Virus record (IMG/VR): IMGVR_UViG_3300025141_000105 | Coordinates: 1 to 58,173 of that record | Source of the DNA: a virus | Lineage: Duplodnaviria; Caudoviricetes | Direction: 5' to 3' (one strand) | DNA length: 58,173 bases | In this document: positions 27,901-35,237 of the stretch, piece by piece | Position numbering within the stretch: position 1 is the stretch's first letter | Layout: each line of letters begins with the position of its first letter | Notes under the pieces: generated by a model | The model's database searches: none | Seen by the model: the letters and a program-made list of their open reading frames with translations, nothing else | Told to the model about the DNA's origin: nothing | Position numbers and translations under genes: made by a program

Positions 27901-30900
27901 TGTATATTATCAACCGCTTTAAACCTAGATCTTGAGGATTTTGATTGAGATAAATATATACTATACAGCCCTTCTACTTCATTTATAAATTGAGTTTCTT
28001 CTTTTGATAAATACTTTAATGCTTGCGGAGCCTTTTTCTTTATTTCTAGCAAATTCATTGTTGTTGCATGTATAGTTTCATGCATTATAACTTCAGCAAA
28101 AACAGAATCATAAGACCTTTCTGTCTTTTCTGCAAACTTCTTTATGTTTTCTTTGCTAAATGATATAGTATATATAACACCTCCTTTATTGTCTTGTTTT
28201 TTATTAGTATTTCCTAACACTGTTTGGTCAGCTCCTTTTACATGCCCATCTTTAATAACAAGATCTAAAAATGCCTTTTTATTAAGGCCTAATAAAACCC
28301 TTGCTATATTTCTAAAATATGATTTATCTGACTCTTCAGCAATTCTTTTTAATAAATTACCTATAGTGTCAGACTCTACATCAATAAATTTACTATCTAC
28401 AATACCTTTATCTTTTTTATATTCTTGATATTCTAACTGACCAATAACCTTGTCTCCTACAATAACTTGAATTTTACTTTCGTATAATGGAGCGCCTTTT
28501 TGATGTTGAAAGTATAGCTTACCATTTACTTCAACTACATCAGCCTTACCAGCTACTGGCTCTACTAAATTTAACTTTATGTTTTGTGGTGTTTTTGTTA
28601 GAGCCTCTGCTCCAAAAGGTTTAGATGTAAAAAACTTAATAACTTTTCCTGTAGCTGTTTTTAACATATAGCTAGTAGTACTTGCTTTACCTTCTTTATC
28701 TACTACCTTAGATATACTTGCAGCTTCTAACTGTATCCCTTTCTTTTTAAGAGTTTCTTCTGTTTTACTGTACTCTTCTGTTTTAGGAACTACTTGAGGT
28801 TGGTCTTTTTTTTTTACGTCTTCGTCAGACTCTTGTTTCTTTTCTTCAGCAGCTTCTACTGTTTCTTTCTTAGCCTTTTTAAATTTCTCTATGGCTTCTT
28901 TTACGTCTTTATTGTTAATGATTTTATCTACACCACTACCAATAATTTTTAAAGCAGCCTTCACTCCTATTTTACCAGCCTCTAAAGCTTTAACTAATTT
29001 TTCTTTAGCAGAAGGAGTTATTTCTTCTTTAGTATATTTTTTAACGTCTTCTATAGCTTTTTTAGTTTCTTCTGATGTAACTTTATCTTTAGCTTTACCA
29101 AATAAACTTTTAGCTCCTTCTACAGCTTTACCTCCTAATTCTTTAGCTCCTTCTACAACTTTAGAAATAAGAGAGGGTTCTGCATCTGCTTTCTTTTTAG
29201 CTTCCGCTTCCGCTTTTTTAGACTCTTCTTGAGAGTATATTTTCATTTCATCTTTAGTAAGACCTTGAACTTTATATCTAGCATCTCTTTTACCTGTAGA
29301 TTCCGCTATAGGAGCCTTGTCTACTCTTAAAGTGTATATGTCTTCTATCTCCCTATTTAAAACAGCCATATCTTGGTCTAATGTTTCCATTATAGATAAA
29401 TGATTTTGCTCTAAAATTTCTAGCGCTTTCTTTTGTTTTTTATCATTTTTTATATTTTCAACAATATGTGCTTTATCTGTTTCGTATGCAGCTTTTTGTA
29501 TTGCTTGTTGAGATAAATTTCTAGACTTTCTTGTTTCTCTAAAGAAGGCTTGTTTTGCACCAGCTTCTGTTAACATACTATTAGCAGAATGTTTTAGATA
29601 ATTTTTTTCTGATGCCTCTATAGCTACTATAAATTCGTCAGCTACCTCTCTAGACATTTTTTTATCCTTAACCATATTTTCAGCATACTCATACAAAAAA
29701 GATCCATCACCCTTGTAGTTCCATATGTTTATAGCCATAGTATTATCAGTAACCATAGCTTCGGCTGCATAATACTGTTCAGGTGTTTTAGCCGCATCTA
29801 ATATTTTAGCATTAGTATTAATAGCTTCTTGATGCTCATCAAGAGCAGCGTGTCTTGCAGCAGCTGAATCAAAATAACCTCTAGCGCCACCCATAGCCCC
29901 TCCTAAACCTACAGAAGACCAAAATAAATCTCTAATTTCTGGTCTATAGTTTCCGTAATCATCTTTTACCCAATCAGTCATAGATAAATGATCTTCACCC
30001 TTAGCCTCTTGTATGTTTTTATATTTTATCCATTCTTGATATGTTTCTTGAATCCCTTCTGTTATCCCCTCAACACTTGCATAAGCTCCTGCTGCAGGTA
30101 AATTAGGCAATACTTTTCTTACAGCATAAGAGGTAAGTCCTTTTATGCTAGCTTTAAATGGATTTGATTTTAGAGGGTTTAGTAATAATCTTTTAGCCAT
30201 ATTTTTACCTATACCACCAAATAGTAATCCATATTGAACCATATCAACTGCCATCCATTTAGCATTATCATACATTACACCAGCTGCATGATTAGCCGCC
30301 TCTTCTGGAGTAAATAATTTATTTCCATTAGCATCTACCTCGTGTAACATTTCTGAATATGCTTCTCCAGAAAGATAAGCTCCTTCTGCCATATTCGCAG
30401 CAGCACCCCCTCCAATAAAACCACCAACATTACGCATAAGTTTAGTTTGTCCATATCCTAATCTCCCAGCGTCAGTGGCTAATTTCCCTAACAAACCAGT
30501 TCCTTTTACTGCATTAGCCCCCATTCCTATACCTCCACCCATAGCTCCAACATTAACACCTATCTTACCTGCTTTATTAGCTTTAGAAATACCTTTAGCA
30601 GACCACACTCCAAATCTACCTAATAATGAAGCCCCTGCTTTAGCACCTCCTCCGTAAGGTATAACAAATGACATAGCGTAAGGAACTAATCTAGATATTT
30701 TAGAAGACCAAAATTCTCCTTTAAACATATCTTGAAAAGTAATATCTTTTAAATCTTCAGAAAGAATTAATGCATTTTCATTTTGATATTCTGTACCTAT
30801 CTTTTGAAACCATTCGCCAACAGAAGTAGATGGCTCTACATCTCCTGGTCTAGCCCAAGCATTAATAAAATCTACTGTCTCACCAGTACCGTATAATAAA

Positions 30901-31253
30901 TCACCCCAACCTGCTTTTAATCCTCTTTCTACTCTCTCTCCAGTAGAGCCTATCATTGATGTAGGGTCTACTATTTGTTGATCAGGAGCAGAACCATACT
31001 TTAATTCATCTAACTTACCATACTCATCAGCAGCTAACTGTGAAGCAGCTTGACCTTGAGCCATTCTATCAAAAGTTATATTTTGTTGCCCTGAGCTATC
31101 TAGCCCTTGTATCATTGAGCTTAATGTAGATGGTCCCTCCATAGGAGCATCATATTGTTGATTGATTGCTTCTTCTGGACTAGGTACTCTTACATCGTTT
31201 TTTGCTAAATCACCTAACAACATATTTAATCCTGATCTATAGTCTTCTGCCAT
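18951..31253 (-). CDS. Giant virion-packaged DNA-dependent RNA polymerase polyprotein (crAss-like, double-psi beta-barrel) with zincin domains
   Basis: 4100 aa; catalytic WGADLDGD (23358-23372) preceded by GTRVPSHG; ENDAMGY and LKFA motifs; HETIH (28068-28082) and HELGH (27324-27338); located after tail/cargo genes as in crAss-like phages. Confidence 0.85.
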   Translation of the reverse strand: MAEDYRSGLNMLLGDLAKNDVRVPSPEEAINQQYDAPMEGPSTLSSMIQGLDSSGQQNITFDRMAQGQAASQLAADEYGKLDELKYGSAPDQQIVDPTSMIGSTGERVERGLKAGWGDLLYGTGETVDFINAWARPGDVEPSTSVGEWFQKIGTEYQNENALILSEDLKDITFQDMFKGEFWSSKISRLVPYAMSFVIPYGGGAKAGASLLGRFGVWSAKGISKANKAGKIGVNVGAMGGGIGMGANAVKGTGLLGKLATDAGRLGYGQTKLMRNVGGFIGGGAAANMAEGAYLSGEAYSEMLHEVDANGNKLFTPEEAANHAAGVMYDNAKWMAVDMVQYGLLFGGIGKNMAKRLLLNPLKSNPFKASIKGLTSYAVRKVLPNLPAAGAYASVEGITEGIQETYQEWIKYKNIQEAKGEDHLSMTDWVKDDYGNYRPEIRDLFWSSVGLGGAMGGARGYFDSAAARHAALDEHQEAINTNAKILDAAKTPEQYYAAEAMVTDNTMAINIWNYKGDGSFLYEYAENMVKDKKMSREVADEFIVAIEASEKNYLKHSANSMLTEAGAKQAFFRETRKSRNLSQQAIQKAAYETDKAHIVENIKNDKKQKKALEILEQNHLSIMETLDQDMAVLNREIEDIYTLRVDKAPIAESTGKRDARYKVQGLTKDEMKIYSQEESKKAEAEAKKKADAEPSLISKVVEGAKELGGKAVEGAKSLFGKAKDKVTSEETKKAIEDVKKYTKEEITPSAKEKLVKALEAGKIGVKAALKIIGSGVDKIINNKDVKEAIEKFKKAKKETVEAAEEKKQESDEDVKKKDQPQVVPKTEEYSKTEETLKKKGIQLEAASISKVVDKEGKASTTSYMLKTATGKVIKFFTSKPFGAEALTKTPQNIKLNLVEPVAGKADVVEVNGKLYFQHQKGAPLYESKIQVIVGDKVIGQLEYQEYKKDKGIVDSKFIDVESDTIGNLLKRIAEESDKSYFRNIARVLLGLNKKAFLDLVIKDGHVKGADQTVLGNTNKKQDNKGGVIYTISFSKENIKKFAEKTERSYDSVFAEVIMHETIHATTMNLLEIKKKAPQALKYLSKEETQFINEVEGLYSIYLSQSKSSRSRFKAVDNIHEFLTYSLTNPVFMGYLNKIKVEDSTILDKLYEYIAKLFGGDATAYKSMFASYAKYVKSGTPLETSKTLEGQKGPTKKAKKKDTRTIDKVIGSVKQTKESFKKLLDKSFKNIPAQEDILINRNLEVYTHSGLGAAALTRSIVQKQFPGARGYVISSKLADDYGQEATSLAIGSVVLINENQVEQTDLIHELGHVYYGLMEDTPLMKRIKKLLPKSAEYQRTKRNYPELILMNYNGNKMTLGSIYKNILINKPVGEEGILTNISENIALAERQGDSAKSTEFFNELRIQLKLQGIKDVRVDQQKHLLEETFTRTLELYSKGTVDSIVKGSEAQELLKKDLIEFYKKTKKLATDEEAKRLLDLSVDNIQSLDLEASIKHILLDFNSGERTIPVVQNSAYGDIKRANKKAFASRATYSAVSMYIGDFIGRNLTPTVMTNRVMKRIAEDSNLKVTDVKQLREYVKAIIVQITRPADLKLADKVLDKQLSEIGLDLNEKENMDQASESDQYKESNKIIALPTTTSNFIKKITEVYNFKNPDNIINRKKLLYDLYVIAKSTQNDPFDFIPTLRKSDSAEIMAMLRVLDGVYGKDKVLTNAKLMELKGPIEGINIEVLTQQALEIGYMGARKWRTYKTMSKTLEAGVINDVMNNLKENTAKGKRIAKIYDNLFYDSKENKFKEVLDENDINTAAKRVLSEILDDTNKGVLIDKDALLNARILFKDKRQTLSQILFGHTRFKNGKPNLNNQSLMGITKEGKFAVEIGKYQAKGLIYGKQGELKVILTEGLVASRAINYLSMVDNVEGDGISIFNKESGLHNRAKNVATIINNETIIESDSVMHPDNNIYADMAFRKKQAGVLANSEGKVTNNPFNFTIHSGMMRTLVTRADGVKYEGRASKLNSVTPSELIAGDFFSFLSKYNELMAGNEAMGIYDQAIAVFSDKSRRYYVESIIAHNDKMKKLLLSKIEKNPVYKKKVKYLNYEKALKSLNEQIKKEKISPAKAKNLRKNLELKYTIFPYTISNGKIKEMPAIIERWKEYANKNAELFKGNTDLKEVKNLDAALDAFLTSYIANKFMAQQLFVHDHRQSKDQIDYIKRAAGSIASHIVFDRNTQIEPIIIKDYFVDENNNIGTEEKEGTAIENDAMGYVLPEQAKYIRAKYGEVQKVGNVFKFVYHYTETEGKLKGNTTYLKFAVHTLTPKLESTSPYLKNIGDMLRKRQEQVQEMSKTPGNLVIAASESAAKLFFDGPSGKTGSKYVYDISTSENIDQIMASQDEIYKGDNGYQALSGEGLGIQLELDKQVSERFFPSQLFYNLATNIDTKEEQKIIEEMFILRQRVMEANNYSRNKAGEENGLIVDNTATEKQVLQERDGFKSSVSADIFGVLIDSVFPKVDPRYPFVNAVYNSIATGRITHKGTKMYTKGSIAYQSASLGMGLQSYKKGLFKGDENVIASEAIVPGYLQKQGVKKGDLFIGTRVPSHGKVTSSIFVVKDFHEQIGNSPTSNITIPAHVSKNWGADLDGDAVHMNFKWTNAEVKKKGKEWREFSNEFFDKYVQLISQPKRQAEIKADINFENDAKAAIAKAESVYGSKAKQEESQLTPMGDAQMFEDNVPAKNLVGIIAALQRTFNIFSNTEEKLPFSIKINNKTEDKFFDDSTLEGGVGNWFGVAQLLNIALDNAKHQFAGKLGIDMQSVFPYVTLRRLGYSLNDLSVLFNSPIVKEYMEFKRSRSKNYISKDSDIKEMFLEDQTINFNELVMFLEKRGIKGLTTKSNKPGQAYKRFYNEKNWQKLADRITKGIEIDLNALSKGDAKAEIDTILMLYGLNKYNQDIVRPFSKAFTVHQTIEKNPLELRKIRDDIARIQAGPVIINEKAKAGGLNISYTLGASSRNSIVQHAMGLFDSVLERAQRTDIRYTQYMRDIINDATFEELNKNKLTKPKIINQIIINNLKNKIEFLKPNALKDNPTLIEEFKLLQGRNKENKFLNRIIEVNEKGNKVVINRAEITEFTSYKAIEQIKESFNQLTETEKDFVFALEAQFNGFGLTGGAGAAGSFIPFFDDVYIEKINKSMSAIIEENQTREANLVGSLATEYTDARSMLGLGGIISGNQKYSTEDKVDIASKLDNSFVDPTRKAKKIISSETSYNNDYLGSGVRMLEMDTWARDKGIDLSKISPESDTFTILRNRYDTYREQYRLVKEFEAKLERKPLSKYEINDLYELGVKFRKMDNSATKGIAHTIEKEIGQRAFRIQSEKLRKKGARQGYEYNTPGVDGVAQEDISNFQKWLGSNDMTSKRPEIQYLINEVQEEYRKYLRSFSKYKNMIESSNKSLIRSKMRSLSILERVRKGFDVDARYKFIYGNIATLENGNIRLLSEEEINQKELTEEERNYYNAYKKIGNDLLNVQDVIVPGMQMGNIESMSRSGLFGLYNATIDSSDYNRVKVKGTDQNGDKVYKTFYEWKYDVYKGRTGDITLKSGKKINELEKLRKLAKDWKSRGKHMDGSNILLSDSEYDALINNGSRLKRMMGDGDTINNIDAELIQEYERRRGVKAATISYDIHSGMLEFVRSSLFMHGENLQKNPDGFSGMNKMSVLTDSIISFNKNLDNKKAVDYLTKWWKEGFLEKKQQEGVFGKTGDKIIDSFVRLTSLRLLGFNMGIGVGNILAGKYQELRKRGGKQFILGEKRYWIDGKDKSWDLLKKHRIVEYSFDEFIHLSERKGLYGKIERWSYYFMDRSESYIQGAAFLGELTEREYNGLDPIDDQRVMQINHKISTLHGEGYTALDASMLSMYSYGRALLQFKKWFITTLRDRFKAEDIDRFGNVNIGSYRASSEFVVNLFRKYFAGEMTKKNIMDIFNESSPQRKQEIINHLNGIGIGITLLSLIALMEDDDETDSNTLRTMKKFSHDVFVTTDMNRFVNYTLKPSSYSTLRNSTKAIGEAIRGDKIKRSSAYGEKGESQAIKTLFHDVAPLAEVRKDISNIFYKGEKGEKETSSLIR

Positions 31254-31254
31254 A

Positions 31255-33273
31255 CTAATTTTGGTATTGTGATATTTGTTTGCTTAATTTTCTGCTTTGC
31301 TTGTATCTATTTTCAGGCATTATACCTTGACTATATACATCATAGTTACCCTCTTGTATTGCTTTTAACATATCTAGTACTCCTGGGCTTCCATTAATTA
31401 ATCCTTTCTTAAGAACTTGTGTAGATAAAGCCATATATTCAGAAGAGTTTCTTGCTACTTTATCTCCAATTTGTACTGGATACTCTCTTTCTTGACGCGA
31501 ATCTACGTATAAATCTGACATTAACAAAGGAATAGCTTTCTGAATTTTTGCTGAAGGAACATTAGCCATACCTAATCCTATTGATAAAGATTGGTCATAA
31601 GCGCCTATAAATTCATCTACAGCAGGAGCGGAAGGTAAATTCATTTGTTTTTGTAATATAGCATTGCTAGACGCTCTTCTTTTATTGTTATATGTTTTTT
31701 GAGCTAAACTTTGCTCGTATGTTGCCATTTGAGTTTTAACCCTATTTAAATCTGTAGAATCTATCTTTTCATTTAAAGCTGCTTGAATTGTAGGGTCTCC
31801 CATGTCTACTTTCTTATAATAAGCATCATCATGACTTACCATGTCATCGTCTATAAGCTCTGCAACAACAACATAATCAAAAACAGTATCTTTGTATTGT
31901 TCTCTTAATTTATTCATATCTGCCTCATTAGAAACGTCTGTAAGTAAGAATGCATCACCATCTTTATTCTTACCTTCTAAAGCAATATGATATCCAGTTA
32001 ATCTTAAGTCATCTGTTTCTGATTCTTGCCATGAGCCCGCACCTGTTAACCAAGTAGATGCTATATCGCTGTCTGTAATCTTATGTCCTCTTGAATCATA
32101 CAAACCTTGCATGGCTATATCGTTTACTTGACGTGATTTAGAGTTATACCTAGATGATTTAGCTTCATCTCCATAATCGCCAGCCCAAGATTGTGTTATA
32201 GCATTTTCAAGCATTTGATTATTAGCAAATACTCTACCACTACCAACCATTTGTCTTCCTTTAGCAAAAGGTGCTCTTATGCCTTTGTAGTTTTTCATTT
32301 CGTTATTCTTGTCATAGCCTCCTAATCTATCCCAATCCATAGCAGCTGTTCCGTCAAATAATTCTTTAAATGATATGCCTTGATCTCTGTTTCTAAAATA
32401 ATCACTACCCTTAGCGATACCAGTGCTTCCTACAGCATCTAATGACCTAACCATTTCTGTAGCAAACTCTGTATCAATTTCTTTAACACCATATATACCT
32501 TTATCATTAAAGAATCCAGAACCCTCATCATAGCGTAATTCTTTACCTACCCACGTTCTAATGTCCTCTTGACTTAATGATTGCATAAATGCTTGTGGAT
32601 CATCAGGATTTTGATCATTAATCATGTCCTTTATAATGGCCTGATAATTACTTCCTATAACCTCATCTAAGTCTAATTGGTCTGACATGCTTAATGCTTG
32701 ACTAGCTTGATCTAAATAATCTGATCTTAATCCGTGGAATACAAAGTTATCAGTTTCATTTTTTATAAACTGCTCGTATCTTTCACTTTGGCCTGACGTA
32801 ATAAATTGTTGATTTTTTGGATCTAAAGCTGCTATATGATATTTTTCTAAAGAAGCTTTATTTTGTTTAATTCTATTAGATATTGGATTGTCTTTTAAAT
32901 TAGCTTTATACTCTTCCATTAAATAATCTAAATTACCATTTAGCCTAGCGTTGTCTATAGAGCCATGTTCTCTTAATACATCTTGTATGTTTTTCCATCC
33001 AGATAAGTCTGTGTGCCAATTCGTAAAATCATCTACATCTTTTTGTCTTGCAAATCCATTATCAGTGTATATATCTTTTAATGCTTGGTTTGTAGCTGCT
33101 GATAATTGTTGTTGATATGCTTGGTCTCTATTTAGCTCTTGTAATTGTTGATTTTTAATTTGTTGCTGTTGTTGCATTTGCTGCATTGCCCTAGCATCAC
33201 GATTTGCTTGGATATCTCCAGCTGCCTTCATTGGGCCTGTTAAAGCATCAAAAAATCCATAATCTATTCCCAT
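31255..33273 (-). CDS. Putative internal virion cargo/ejection protein
   Basis: 672 aa with Q-rich helical N-terminus; immediately upstream of the vRNAP. Confidence 0.6.
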   Translation of the reverse strand: MGIDYGFFDALTGPMKAAGDIQANRDARAMQQMQQQQQIKNQQLQELNRDQAYQQQLSAATNQALKDIYTDNGFARQKDVDDFTNWHTDLSGWKNIQDVLREHGSIDNARLNGNLDYLMEEYKANLKDNPISNRIKQNKASLEKYHIAALDPKNQQFITSGQSERYEQFIKNETDNFVFHGLRSDYLDQASQALSMSDQLDLDEVIGSNYQAIIKDMINDQNPDDPQAFMQSLSQEDIRTWVGKELRYDEGSGFFNDKGIYGVKEIDTEFATEMVRSLDAVGSTGIAKGSDYFRNRDQGISFKELFDGTAAMDWDRLGGYDKNNEMKNYKGIRAPFAKGRQMVGSGRVFANNQMLENAITQSWAGDYGDEAKSSRYNSKSRQVNDIAMQGLYDSRGHKITDSDIASTWLTGAGSWQESETDDLRLTGYHIALEGKNKDGDAFLLTDVSNEADMNKLREQYKDTVFDYVVVAELIDDDMVSHDDAYYKKVDMGDPTIQAALNEKIDSTDLNRVKTQMATYEQSLAQKTYNNKRRASSNAILQKQMNLPSAPAVDEFIGAYDQSLSIGLGMANVPSAKIQKAIPLLMSDLYVDSRQEREYPVQIGDKVARNSSEYMALSTQVLKKGLINGSPGVLDMLKAIQEGNYDVYSQGIMPENRYKQSRKLSKQISQYQN

Positions 33274-33275
33274 AA

Positions 33276-35237
33276 TTATTTGTTATCTGTTCCTGTGTTC
33301 CCCTGGTTACTCATTAATCCTTCTATTGTATTGTAAAGATTGCTTGTATTGTTTCTGTTTAAAAGAGAGCTGCCGCTTCCTCCAAATCCAGACATAAGGT
33401 TTGTAAATGCAGCTGATGTAAATGTAGCTGCTGCTTTCTTATTAGCTACCTGTCTTTCCATGTCTTCAGCTCTTTCTTTTTCTGTTTGTTGTATATCAAA
33501 ATTCTCTTTAAACATCATAAGCTTTTCATACTTCTCTTGATTCTTTGATTGTAGTTCAGAATCTTTAGCAGCATAATCTAATAATGCAGACGATCTTTGA
33601 GCGTCTAATATACCAGAAGACGCTAAGAACCTTGCTCTTTGACCTCCAGAACCTCTAACTGCATTCTCTAATCCTTTTTGATAAGCACCATCCATTTCTT
33701 TTTGAATCACCCTAGCTTGATCAGGATGAAATCCTTTCTTAGCAATCTCTCTACTTTGTCTAAGATGCTGCATAAACATAGGTGATAGTTGTGCGCTTGC
33801 ATGAGGCTTTACTTCTTTCATAGCCTCTTTCAATCCTTTCTTACCCATCACGTAAGATATAATACCTCCTGGACCTCCAACGTAATCTAACACTTTACCA
33901 GCACCTTCAAATAATGCTTTACCAGCATTACCTAGTTGATTCATTCTATAGTTAGAATCAATTGTAGAGTCTTCTGTTTCTGTTATAGCATCTTCTTCTT
34001 CTGCTGATGGTTCTACAACATCTTCTGTAGTAGTTTCAACTACTGGAGTTTCTATTATCTGTGTTTGATCAGTATTTTCATCAACAACATTATAAACAAT
34101 ATCCTCTTCCTTATCATCACTTAAAGAGCTTGGTAGTATAGGTGTTGTTTTACTTTCTTCTATATCTATAGTGCCATCAGGTAGCAAAATGTTTTGATTA
34201 TACCCTTGTTGTACTGGGCTAATATCATAATCCCTCCAGTCTTGTTTAGTTAATAATTTTACTCTATTACCACTTTCCTCTTTTTCTTTTCTTGCTTTTG
34301 CTATTTGATTTATTAAATCTTGTGGTGGTTCTTCTTTAGCGTCAATATATCCTTTTAGTTCTTTTTCTAATCTGGATTGTTCTTCTCTTGCATTGTTTTC
34401 TGAATTAACATAATTGTTTAATTCTTTTTTATACAAATCTTCTTTAAGTATGTTTTCTTTCTTTGTAAGATCTTTTATTAATTCATTTTTTCTTTTTGCA
34501 AGGTCATTATATTCTTTTGTTCCCTTACTAAAAGACTTTAAGTTTTTTTCTATAATACTTAATTCTTTAAAAGCATCTTGATTATCTTCTAAGTATTTTA
34601 AGTATTCGTCTCTACCAGATATTCTATCTAAAACATCTTTTCTGTATTTCTTTTTACTTGTCTCTTTAGATTCTCCCTCTACCTTAATCTCTGGCAATAG
34701 ACCAGGCATCTCTTCTTCTTCTTTTTCTCTATAAGGACTTTTACCTTCTTCTGCTAATTCTTGCTCTTCTTTGGTTGGAGCTTTTTCAGTAACAATTATT
34801 TCGTCATTATCCTCGTTAAAGCTAATTATATTTAAATTATCAATTCTTTTTTGTATTGCCTTTGAAGATTGATCCTTAGGATTTTCAAAGTTTTTCATAA
34901 AATCCTCTGTAGCTGCCGCTTTATCTTTATAGCTTTTATTAAGGTAAGCCTGTCCTTCTGGTTCTGATAAAGCAAAATCTATTTGTCCCTTCCAATTTGT
35001 TTTCCAATCAGGCACCGCTTCTAAAAACGCTTTTTTTCTTGTTTTGTATGTATGTTGAAAAAGACCTATGCCTTTATTTTTTACATCTCCCATTTCAACT
35101 GCATCAGAATAAAAAAGTGATTCAGTTTGTATATTGGCAATAATTCCCAAGGCTTTGTTCTTGGTCATATTAGGTTTAGTCATTAAATAATTATAAACCT
35201 CTTTTATTGATACTTTATTTTTTCCTGGTAATGCCAT
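33276..35237 (-). CDS. Virion cargo protein with N-terminal phage tail lysozyme domain
   Basis: YNYL...ALGIIANIQTES.F...GIGLFQHT...R...Q.DF...FENP; start set at MALPGK (TAATG overlap at 35237). Confidence 0.78.
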   Translation of the reverse strand: MALPGKNKVSIKEVYNYLMTKPNMTKNKALGIIANIQTESLFYSDAVEMGDVKNKGIGLFQHTYKTRKKAFLEAVPDWKTNWKGQIDFALSEPEGQAYLNKSYKDKAAATEDFMKNFENPKDQSSKAIQKRIDNLNIISFNEDNDEIIVTEKAPTKEEQELAEEGKSPYREKEEEEMPGLLPEIKVEGESKETSKKKYRKDVLDRISGRDEYLKYLEDNQDAFKELSIIEKNLKSFSKGTKEYNDLAKRKNELIKDLTKKENILKEDLYKKELNNYVNSENNAREEQSRLEKELKGYIDAKEEPPQDLINQIAKARKEKEESGNRVKLLTKQDWRDYDISPVQQGYNQNILLPDGTIDIEESKTTPILPSSLSDDKEEDIVYNVVDENTDQTQIIETPVVETTTEDVVEPSAEEEDAITETEDSTIDSNYRMNQLGNAGKALFEGAGKVLDYVGGPGGIISYVMGKKGLKEAMKEVKPHASAQLSPMFMQHLRQSREIAKKGFHPDQARVIQKEMDGAYQKGLENAVRGSGGQRARFLASSGILDAQRSSALLDYAAKDSELQSKNQEKYEKLMMFKENFDIQQTEKERAEDMERQVANKKAAATFTSAAFTNLMSGFGGSGSSLLNRNNTSNLYNTIEGLMSNQGNTGTDNK

